The translations under genes were made by a program, and so were the position numbers. A stretch of DNA of 64,000 nucleotides from Elusimicrobiaceae bacterium (GTDB lineage: Bacteria; Elusimicrobiota; Elusimicrobia; Elusimicrobiales; Elusimicrobiaceae). Numbering within the stretch: the first letter of the stretch is position 1; every line of letters starts with the position of its first letter. The DNA is taken from contig JAZRHA010000008.1 in assembly GCA_045644515.1 (NCBI GenBank), positions 305 to 64,304 of the forward strand, given 5' to 3'. Shown in pieces: positions 44,588 to 53,500 of this stretch. The notes below the pieces were generated by a model. The model saw only the letters and a list, made by a program, of their open reading frames with translations, was not told where the DNA came from and ran no database searches.

Positions 44588-45364
44588 ATGTTTAAAAAGA
44601 CGGGGAAATTTGTAATTTTCTTTTTTACTCAATTCGGCCAAGCAACCGAAATGATTAAAGATGCCGCTTTTTGGTTTATCAAAACCCCGCTTGAAGTTAA
44701 TCAAACTCTCCAACAAATAGTAAAAATAGGTGTTGAAAGTATACCTGTTATTTTGATGACGGGTTTATTTGTGGGTATGGTGCTTGCTTTGCAGGCAGGG
44801 AACACCATGCAAAGTATTTTAAGCGAACCTTTGTATATCGGTTTGCTTGTAAGTTTTTCCTTAGTTCGTGAACTTGGCCCGGTACTTACCGCCTTTGTGC
44901 TTTCGGGCCGCGCAGGTGCTGCAGTTACTGCCGAAATCGGCACAATGAAAGTTACCGAACAAATTGATGCTTTAAGCACACTCGGAACAAATGCGATAAG
45001 ATATTTAGTTATCCCGCGTTTAATTGCTTTTACCGTATCAATACCGATACTTACAATATTTTCAATTTTAATGGGTATCCTCGGCGGGTATATAGTAAGT
45101 GTTGAAGGCTTAGGTGTTCCTTCGAGCACTTATATAGGGGATATTACCACATATTTAGGCGTAGATGATTTAATGCACGGCCTTATAAAAGCGACTTTCT
45201 TTGCTTTTACTATCGGCGTAATTTGCTGCTATAAAGGGCTTAATACAAGGGGCGGTGCGGAAGGTGTGGGTAAATCTACAACGGGTGCTGTGGTCGTCAG
45301 CATGGTAATGATTTTAGTTATTGACTACTTCTTAACAGCGATTTTACACGCTTTTGGGGTATAA
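44588..45364 (+). CDS. mlaE: Mla-type ABC transporter permease MlaE
   Basis: MlaE/YrbE pattern (VRELGPVLTAFVLSGRAGAAVTAEIGTMKVTEQIDAL). Confidence 0.9.
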   Translation: MFKKTGKFVIFFFTQFGQATEMIKDAAFWFIKTPLEVNQTLQQIVKIGVESIPVILMTGLFVGMVLALQAGNTMQSILSEPLYIGLLVSFSLVRELGPVLTAFVLSGRAGAAVTAEIGTMKVTEQIDALSTLGTNAIRYLVIPRLIAFTVSIPILTIFSILMGILGGYIVSVEGLGVPSSTYIGDITTYLGVDDLMHGLIKATFFAFTIGVICCYKGLNTRGGAEGVGKSTTGAVVVSMVMILVIDYFLTAILHAFGV

Positions 45365-45366
45365 GT

Positions 45367-46125
45367 ATGATTAAAATAGAAAATTTACAAAAACATTTTG
45401 GCCCAAAAAACATTTTAAACGGTGTTAATTTGGAAATTAAAGACGGCGAAGTTACAACTATTATCGGCGGATCAGGTACAGGTAAAAGCACATTAATTAA
45501 ATGTATTATCCGCTTGCTTGAACCGGACGGCGGCAAAATTATTGTTGACGGGAAGGATATAACACATTTAAATAATGAGTTTGAACTTGCAAAACTGCGC
45601 AAGAACTTCGGTTATTTATTCCAGGAAGGTGCTTTATTTGACTCTTTAACCGTTGGGGAAAATGTAACTTTCGGCCTAAAATACTTAACAGATACACCAA
45701 AAAGCGAATATGCTAAAATTGCAAAAGAAAAACTTGCGCTTGTCGGCTTAAAAGATATTGAAAATTTACGGCCTTCGGAACTTTCCGGCGGTATGAAAAA
45801 GCGTGTTTCACTCGCGCGTGTTTTGGCAACAAACCCAAAAGTAATTTTATATGATGAACCAACAAGCGGGCTTGACCCGATAATGTCGGAAATCATCAGC
45901 CAATTGATTTTAGATTTGAAGAAAAAACTTGGTGTAACATCCATAGTTATTACGCATGACATGAAAAGTGCCTTTGAAATTTCAGACACCCTTGCCATGC
46001 TTTATGAGGGTAAAGTGCAACTTGCCGCACCAAAAGCAGAATTTAAAAGAACACAAAACCCTTATGTTAAACAATTTATTGAGGGGTCGGCAAATGGGCC
46101 GATACAGATGAAAATCTCAAATTAA
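45367..46125 (+). CDS. mlaF: Mla-type ABC transporter ATPase MlaF
   Basis: Walker A GGSGTGKST, signature LSGGMKKR, Walker B ILYDEPTSGLD. Confidence 0.9.
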   Translation: MIKIENLQKHFGPKNILNGVNLEIKDGEVTTIIGGSGTGKSTLIKCIIRLLEPDGGKIIVDGKDITHLNNEFELAKLRKNFGYLFQEGALFDSLTVGENVTFGLKYLTDTPKSEYAKIAKEKLALVGLKDIENLRPSELSGGMKKRVSLARVLATNPKVILYDEPTSGLDPIMSEIISQLILDLKKKLGVTSIVITHDMKSAFEISDTLAMLYEGKVQLAAPKAEFKRTQNPYVKQFIEGSANGPIQMKISN

Positions 46126-46135
46126 AGAGGTATTT

Positions 46136-47413
46136 ATGAGTACAGAAACAAAAGTCGGTTTATTTACTTTTATAGGTTTGGCACTATTGGGGCTTTGTAT
46201 TTTTGCCTTGGGCAGTTTTTCTATAACAAAAGGCTATGATATTACCGTACACTTTACGGATGTTTCGGGGTTACCGGCGAAATCAAATGTCCGCTTAAAC
46301 GGTGTTGAGGTGGGTAAAGTAAAGGAACTTAAAATTGAAGGCGGTGAAATTTTGGCCTTGCTTAAAATTAATGAGGGCGTAGCTATTTATAAAGATTCTA
46401 AATTCGCAATAGCAGCCACAAGTTTAATCGGTACAAATTATTTACAAATTGAACAAGGTAACCCAAAAAGCGGTATTTTAGGACCGGGTTCCCATGTAAC
46501 AGGTATGAGTTTACCTTCAATTACAAATATGATAACCGATGCCTTAAATTCCATACAGAACTTAACTTACGGTATAAACGATAATGGCAGGTTCGGTGAA
46601 GATTTACATGCTACACTTCAAAATCTACGTGAACTTTCCAGCAATTTAAATGATTTAGTCTTTTCTTTAAGGCCTTATTTAACAAAATCAATGTCGGAAG
46701 TCAGCGAACTCACAAAAGCATCAAATGAAGTTATGCAAGACCTGCAAACAGGCAAAGGTTTGTTCCCGGCTTTAGTTTCAGATGAAAAAATGAAACAAGA
46801 TGTTGAGCAAACTTTAGCCAATATTAAACAAGTTTCAGCAGACGCAAAAACATTTATCGGCCAGATGGCAAAATTCAAAATTTTCTGGTTATATGATGCT
46901 TATTATCAACCGAAAGGAGGATTAGGCACCTCTGATTTATTTATTAAATTTGTGCCGGGTAACGGTTATACTTATTATAGTGCCGGTGTTGCTAATTTAG
47001 GTAATAAAGACAATATGCCAAAAAATAACAGAGACTTCAGGGATTATAATCAAATTGATGTACGCCTCGGCGTATACAATCAATGGGCCGATTTGGCTGT
47101 TGGTATGATCCGCGGTTCCGGCGGTGTAAGGGCAGCTGTTAAACCGTTCTACAAAGCAAATAATTTTATTGTTAAGAATTTTGCCTTATACGGCGAAGCA
47201 ACTGATTTCGGCCGCAAACGTATTATCAACGGACGTATGTTTGATAAACCTTTCTATGCCGTTGGTGCACAAGCATGGATTAACAAAAATGTAGCTTTCA
47301 ATGTAAGATATAATGATATTGCCGAGGCCTCTGCCTTGCAAATCGGTGCGAATTTATCGTTTGAAGATAAGGAGCTTGCATCCTTGCTCGGCCTTGCAAG
47401 AATGGCAAATTAG
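46136..47413 (+). CDS. mlaD: MCE/MlaD-domain protein with about 230-aa beta-rich C-terminal extension
   Basis: TM anchor and MCE domain (VRLNGVEVGKVKEL), a helical segment, then a long Y/G/N-rich alternating region. Confidence 0.75.
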   Translation: MSTETKVGLFTFIGLALLGLCIFALGSFSITKGYDITVHFTDVSGLPAKSNVRLNGVEVGKVKELKIEGGEILALLKINEGVAIYKDSKFAIAATSLIGTNYLQIEQGNPKSGILGPGSHVTGMSLPSITNMITDALNSIQNLTYGINDNGRFGEDLHATLQNLRELSSNLNDLVFSLRPYLTKSMSEVSELTKASNEVMQDLQTGKGLFPALVSDEKMKQDVEQTLANIKQVSADAKTFIGQMAKFKIFWLYDAYYQPKGGLGTSDLFIKFVPGNGYTYYSAGVANLGNKDNMPKNNRDFRDYNQIDVRLGVYNQWADLAVGMIRGSGGVRAAVKPFYKANNFIVKNFALYGEATDFGRKRIINGRMFDKPFYAVGAQAWINKNVAFNVRYNDIAEASALQIGANLSFEDKELASLLGLARMAN

Positions 47414-47422
47414 TAGGTATTT

Positions 47423-48769
47423 ATGAAATTTAAAACTGTTTATACTTGTCAAAAATGCGGTTTTAACTCCCCAAAATGGCTTGGGCGTTGCCCTGATTGC
47501 GGGGAGTGGAATAGTTTCGCCGAAGAAGTCATACAGGAAGAATCAAAAACAGCAAAAACAAAAAAATCTTTTACGGAATTTTCGTCTGAAATTACACCGT
47601 TAAAAGAAGCAAGCGCAAAAGAAGAAAAACGCACACCGACAGGTATAACGGAATTTGACCGCTTAACTTCCGGCGGCCTTGTTGACGGGCAAATTACATT
47701 GCTTGCCGGCGCACCGGGTATCGGTAAAAGCACTTTGATGCTGCAAATTGCATCAGCCCTATCAAAAAATCAAAAAGTTTTGTATATTTCAGGCGAGGAA
47801 TCTTTGGAACAAATTGCCTCTCGTGCAAAACGTTTGAAAGCTGACGGGGAAAATATCTTTTTGCTTTCTGAAACTAATATTCAGCGCATTTTGGATGCCA
47901 TAAAAAAAGTTGCACCACAAGTTTTGATAGTAGATTCCATACAAACAGTCTATCATCCGGAATTTAATTCTGCCTCCGGCACTTTAAGCCAAGTACGTGA
48001 AAGTGCAGGCGAAATTTTGCGTGCCACAAAACCAAACGGCATAATCACTTTTATTTTGGGCCATGTTACTAAAGACGGCGCACTTGCCGGGCCGAAAGTT
48101 TTGGAACACATGGTGGACACCGTTTTGTATTTTGACAGTGATTCAGATAATATTTTGCGCATACTCCGCGCACATAAAAACCGCTTTGGTTCTACTTCTG
48201 AAATTGCTTTATTTAAAATGACAGCAACCGGCCTTGAAGATGTTTTGGACGCAAGCGCGTATTTTGCGCAAACCTCGCGCAGTAAAAAAATTATCGGCAG
48301 GGCATTTTCAATTGCTTTAGAAGGTACGCGCCCGATTTTAACTGAAGTGCAAGTTTTAACTTCGGTAACGCATTTCCCGTACCCACGCCGAATTGCAACG
48401 GGGCTTGATTTAAACCGCTGCCAAATGCTCTTGGCTGCGCTTGAAAAACATATCGGGCTAAATTTAGATAATAAAGATGTTTATATTTCCCTAACAGGCG
48501 GCACAAAAATTAATGATCCGTCACTAGACCTTGCAATTTGCGCTGCTGTGATAAGTTCCGTTAAAGATAAGCCAATTTCCGGCACTTCCGCTTTTATTGG
48601 GGAAGTGGGAATTTTAGGGCAAGTTGCGCCTGTACCATTAACTGAGCGCCGTATTAAAGAGGCCGCGCGCCTTGGCATGAAAGAAATTTTCACACCAATT
48701 TTAAAAGAAACCCCAAAAGAAAAGGTAGAACAACTTGAAGATTTGTACAGTTTATCTGTAAAATTATAA
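47423..48769 (+). CDS. radA: DNA repair protein RadA/Sms
   Basis: Zn finger CQKCGFNSPKWLGRCPDCGEWNSF, Walker A GAPGIGKST, KNRFG motif, Lon-like C-terminal domain. Confidence 0.95.
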   Translation: MKFKTVYTCQKCGFNSPKWLGRCPDCGEWNSFAEEVIQEESKTAKTKKSFTEFSSEITPLKEASAKEEKRTPTGITEFDRLTSGGLVDGQITLLAGAPGIGKSTLMLQIASALSKNQKVLYISGEESLEQIASRAKRLKADGENIFLLSETNIQRILDAIKKVAPQVLIVDSIQTVYHPEFNSASGTLSQVRESAGEILRATKPNGIITFILGHVTKDGALAGPKVLEHMVDTVLYFDSDSDNILRILRAHKNRFGSTSEIALFKMTATGLEDVLDASAYFAQTSRSKKIIGRAFSIALEGTRPILTEVQVLTSVTHFPYPRRIATGLDLNRCQMLLAALEKHIGLNLDNKDVYISLTGGTKINDPSLDLAICAAVISSVKDKPISGTSAFIGEVGILGQVAPVPLTERRIKEAARLGMKEIFTPILKETPKEKVEQLEDLYSLSVKL

Positions 48770-48772
48770 TAT

Positions 48773-50557
48773 ATGAAAAATAATATAAAAGTTTCTGCAA
48801 TTTGCCCTAATGTTTGCTTGGCTGAAACTAATACAAATGCAAAAAATATAATTAGATTAACTAAACTTGCCGTCAAACAAGGTGCGCAAATTATAACAGC
48901 GCCCGAGCTTTCAATAACCGGCGCAACCTGTGGGGATTTATTTCTAAAACCACTCTTAATTAACAATGCTTTAAAAGCATTAAACACAATTTTAAAAGAA
49001 ATAAAGAAATTAAATGCCGTCTTAATTGTCGGCTTACCTTTGCAGATATCCGGGCAGATAATAAATGCAAGTGCTGTATTATACAAGGGTAAAATTTTGG
49101 GTATTGTTCCGGCTGGAAATTGCGAAATACGCTACTTTACCCCGGCAAAAGAAATTAAGCAAAATAAAATTTTATTACTTGGGCAAAAAATTCCACTTGG
49201 TACAAATTTAATTTTTAAAATGTTTGGAATAACTTTTACAGTTAAAACAGGGCTTGATTTAAATAAACAAATCCCCCCCATGCCAAAAGCGGGAATTATT
49301 TTAAATCCGTCGACAAATTATGAATATTTAGGTAAACAGGAAAGGCTTAAAGATTTAATTTCAACATATTCCGCCGTAAAAAATTGCACTTATGTTTATG
49401 CTTCAAGCGGATTTGGGGAATCATCTGCTGAAGCGGTTTACAGCGCAAATATTTTAGTTTATAATAAAGGCAAACTTATTGCCCAAGCACCGCGCCTAAC
49501 AATGCAAGATCAAATTTTAACTTGTGAAATTAATAATGTTGCCAAAACAAAACCTGCTAAAATTTTATATAAACACGATACAAAACATCCTTTCAGCCCG
49601 GCAAATAAACAAGAATTGCTTGAAGTTTTAGATTTGCAAGCACTTGCACTTGCAAGGCGTTTAGAACAAACAAGAATAAACAAAGTTATTTTGGGTATTT
49701 CCGGCGGGCTTGATTCCACTTTGGCCTTGCTTGCCGCAGTTCACACATTTAAAAAATTAAATTTGCCGCTTAAAAATATTTTTGCTTACACTTTACCCGG
49801 GCTTGGCACGACCAAAAAAACAAAAAATAATGCGGAACTTTTATGTAAAGCACTTGGTGTTAGTTTTGATGAAATTGATATAAAGCCCTCAGTTTTACAA
49901 CATTTTAAAGATATAAAACACAACAAAAATATCGTTGATACCGCCTATGAAAATGCCCAGGCACGCGAACGTACACAAATTTTATTTGATATTTCAAACA
50001 AAATCGGTGCTTTAGTTTTGGGTACAGGTGATATGTCAGAATTTGCCTTAGGTTGGGCAACTTACGGCGGTGATCATCTTTCAATGTATGGTATAAATGC
50101 CGGTATTCCTAAAACTTTAATTCAGGAAATTGTGGCGGAATATGCTAAAAATGCACCGGCAAAAGTTAGCAAAGTTTTAAAAGATATTTTGGCTACACCG
50201 ATTTCCCCTGAACTTAAACCGGCAAGCAAAGGTAAAATCACGCAAAAGACGGAAGATTTAGTTGGTCCATACATCTTGCACGATTTCTTTTTATATCACT
50301 TTTTAGTAAATAATTTGGGCCCAAAAGAAATTTATAAACTTGCGCTTTCCGCTTTCAAAAATGACTTTAATAATGCGACAATTAAGCATTGGCTTGAAGT
50401 ATTTTTTAGACGGTTTTTTAATCAGCAATTCAAGCGTTCTTGCTCAGCAGAAGGCCCAAAAATACTAACAGTATCTTTAAGCCCCCGTACAGATTTAAGG
50501 TTACCGAGTGATGTTTCTTCCGCCCTTTGGCTTGAAGAAATTAAGAAGCTAAACTAA
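48773..50557 (+). CDS. nadE: NAD+ synthetase NadE, long form with N-terminal CN-hydrolase-like domain
   Basis: PP-loop GISGGLDSTLALL in the C-terminal half. Nitrilase-like N-terminal half (ITAPELSITG); see the finding on a missing catalytic Cys. Confidence 0.85.
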   Translation: MKNNIKVSAICPNVCLAETNTNAKNIIRLTKLAVKQGAQIITAPELSITGATCGDLFLKPLLINNALKALNTILKEIKKLNAVLIVGLPLQISGQIINASAVLYKGKILGIVPAGNCEIRYFTPAKEIKQNKILLLGQKIPLGTNLIFKMFGITFTVKTGLDLNKQIPPMPKAGIILNPSTNYEYLGKQERLKDLISTYSAVKNCTYVYASSGFGESSAEAVYSANILVYNKGKLIAQAPRLTMQDQILTCEINNVAKTKPAKILYKHDTKHPFSPANKQELLEVLDLQALALARRLEQTRINKVILGISGGLDSTLALLAAVHTFKKLNLPLKNIFAYTLPGLGTTKKTKNNAELLCKALGVSFDEIDIKPSVLQHFKDIKHNKNIVDTAYENAQARERTQILFDISNKIGALVLGTGDMSEFALGWATYGGDHLSMYGINAGIPKTLIQEIVAEYAKNAPAKVSKVLKDILATPISPELKPASKGKITQKTEDLVGPYILHDFFLYHFLVNNLGPKEIYKLALSAFKNDFNNATIKHWLEVFFRRFFNQQFKRSCSAEGPKILTVSLSPRTDLRLPSDVSSALWLEEIKKLN

Positions 50558-53500
50558 TCTTCAACTTTAATTATAAAACTGTTACTGTGTGCGCTAACTT
50601 CTGGTGCAAACATGCTCTGCATTATGCTTGAACCGACATTAAACACACCGCTTGCCGTAGGGCGCAAAACATATTTAAGTTCATAAGTCCCCACAGGCAC
50701 ATAATCCATAAAGAAATTTGTTTGTGCAAGTTGTAAATCTTCGTAACGTGAAAGGCCGTCCCACACCCAGCCGGAAAGTAATTTTTCTGTGTCAAAAGCA
50801 GCAGGCTTTTTATCTTGAATCATCACAAAATCAAAGTTATGTTCTGCTTTTATAGTTAAGCGAACTTCAATTTTATCTCCGACTTTGATGGTTTCGTTTT
50901 CACGCAGCGGCCTGACGGTATTTTCCTTAATCAAGTAATAAGATTTTGTGATATTTAAAATACCTTTCGGGCTTGCTTCTTGCGGTAAATCGCTTATAAC
51001 TAAATTACTCAAAGTTGCAAAACTCGGCAAAGTTTTTTGTGCTTTTTTGCCTTGCGTTGTTGTGGTATTTTGTGTAATTTTGGCTTTCAAACTTTCATTA
51101 TTTGCCTTCGGTTCATATACGCTGAAAACAGTCTTACTTTCTTTGGCAAGCGGGCCGAAATCAAGTGTATAATTTTGCCCGTTCCAAGCAATATCATAAT
51201 GTTTATTTTGGCTCAAAACACCCCAAGTCTTTATTGCATCAAGCAAACTGTAAACTGCTTTTGCGGCATTTGTAGTACTGCCCCACATTGTTGCTTTTTT
51301 ATTAAAGAGTATCCATTTAATTATACCGTCAATACGTGTGCTGTTCGGATCTACTTCAAGCAACATACGCAATGCCTCAGCGTGTAAATTTAAGCTATCA
51401 TGGAACCATTGCCAAGAGCGTTCTTCCATAGCAAAACTTGTGCCGGTAACGTCATTTTCTTTAGCGGTTTCAAAAAGCATATTGATATATTTTTTTGCTT
51501 TTTGAGGATTGCCTAAACGATGGTAAATAACCGCCATATAAACTTTGCCCAAAGGTGCTAGAATTTCTTTTTGTTTATCAATATAATCGGCCAAAGTTTG
51601 AACTTCTTGACGCGTTTCTTTAACGAGCAAAGTTTTATCAAAAGCACTTATTACATAGGCATAATATATTGCTTCAAAAGGATAAAAAGGTTTTGAAAAA
51701 TCAAATTTTTTATATTCGTTATGCAAATATTTTAAGGCATTTTGCGTAATATCCATCGGCGGTTTTACGCCAAAATATGATGCCTGAGCCAAACGGTCAA
51801 CAACATAAAGCGTTACATATAAACTGCTTTTACCGCCTTTTATCCAGGCAAAACCGCCGTCTGAATTTTGATATTTTTTAAGGTCTTCCGTATACTCTTT
51901 TTGTTTTTTGGCGACGGTGTTAGAATCAAAAATATTTATGAAATTGTTTGACTCACAACCACCCTTTGAAAGATTATACCAAGGGGAAAGTTCTGTGTCT
52001 TTCAGTAATATTTCAGAGGTCTGCTTATTCCACTTTTCCGTTTTTGTTTTACGCGATATTTGGCTGATTGCTTTCTTAAAATTAACGTTTTCATTAAGTT
52101 TGTTTATTATGGCTATCGGCAAATAACGGTCAATAGTGCTTGTTGCGGTTTTAAATGTTTGTTCGGATAATAATGGCATAGCGGATACAATGGGAACTAA
52201 CAAAGAAGTATCCAAAGTTAAATGTGCGGCATTTAAAACTTCTCCTTCTTTTATCGGGGCAAGTTCAAAAGTGTTTGCACCTTCTTTTAACGCAATTGTT
52301 TTGCTTTTGGGTAGATATTGAAGGCTGGTTAAGAGCGGTAAAGTTCTTGTTTCCCCGTCTATCATATTGCCGGAGCGGATAGCCGCGGTAACAGTAATTT
52401 CCCCAAGTTCTTTAGGAGCGGTATAGGCCCAAGTTAAGGTTTTTTCTTCCCCTGCTTTTAAGGAAACCTGTTGCGGTTTAAAAGTATTTTCCGCCGTTTC
52501 ACCGTTCACATTAAGGGTTAAAGAAACCTCACCCTGCAAAGTTCTTTTGCCATTATTTCTAGCTAGGGTTTTTATGACAATTTTATCATTCTGGCGCAAG
52601 AATGTGGGTGTTTCAAGGCGCAAGGTTAATTCTTTACGCGTCTTGAAATTAACTTGCGTTTGCCCTGTTTGCAAGGTTTTGCTAAAGACGATTGCGGCGG
52701 CAGTCCACTCCGTTAAACTATCCGGCATTGTAAAATTAAAGTTTGCTTTACCGTTTTTAAGATCTGCCCTTGGGTTAAAGTAAGCAGTCGGTGCAAAATC
52801 TGAACGTGTAGCATTTGAATCAGGCATACTAACTGCAGATGATGTTTTCATTGCCTTCATATTTATAGAATCTTCCATACCTTCTGTGGCAAAATCATTA
52901 GCAGCATGTCGTGGACCTGCTGACGCTGCATAACTTGATCTTCCGACATACTCCCTGTAAAAATTAATATTATGCGTTTGGAAGGAATTTGAAATATTTC
53001 CACCACCAAAATGTTGTAAATATAATAACGGTAAACTAAAACTATGCGGCTTATAATAATCGAGTGCTTTATCGTAAACGGTTATCATAGCACGCGCATT
53101 TTGCAAAGGTTTACCGTCAACCGTTGCATTTAAATTAAGTTCTGCTTTTTTGCCGGGTTCTAAATTTTCCGGTACATTGAGTTTCACATCTACATCTTTT
53201 CCTACATAAGGCACTTCTATATTAAGTGTTCCGCCGTAACTTGCGTAATCATATACACCAAACCAACGCAAACTTATACCGCCCTGATATTCGGGTAAAA
53301 TGGGTAAAGTTAAAAATTGTAAGGGCTTATTAGATAATTGCATACGTTTTACAAAAAAACCGTTTTTATAAATTTCCACATATTTAGGCCCTTTTGCCTT
53401 ATTTGCACCAAGTAAAATTTTTGCATTTTCACCAACAATATATTTTTTATTTTCAGCAAGCGTGATATTACCTTGCACTTCTAAATTAGGATTTTTACTG

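Noticed and set aside
48481-49086. Long antisense ORFs (e.g. 48481-49086 at 201 aa, 63344-63988 at 214 aa, 33872-34432 at 186 aa, 2493-2969 at 158 aa, 20570-21034 at 154 aa)
   Set aside because: Each lies opposite a confidently identified gene (radA/nadE, murA, DUF1646-like, histidine kinase, giant protein). Each has a biased Ser/Ile/Phe/Lys-rich composition typical of antisense frames.
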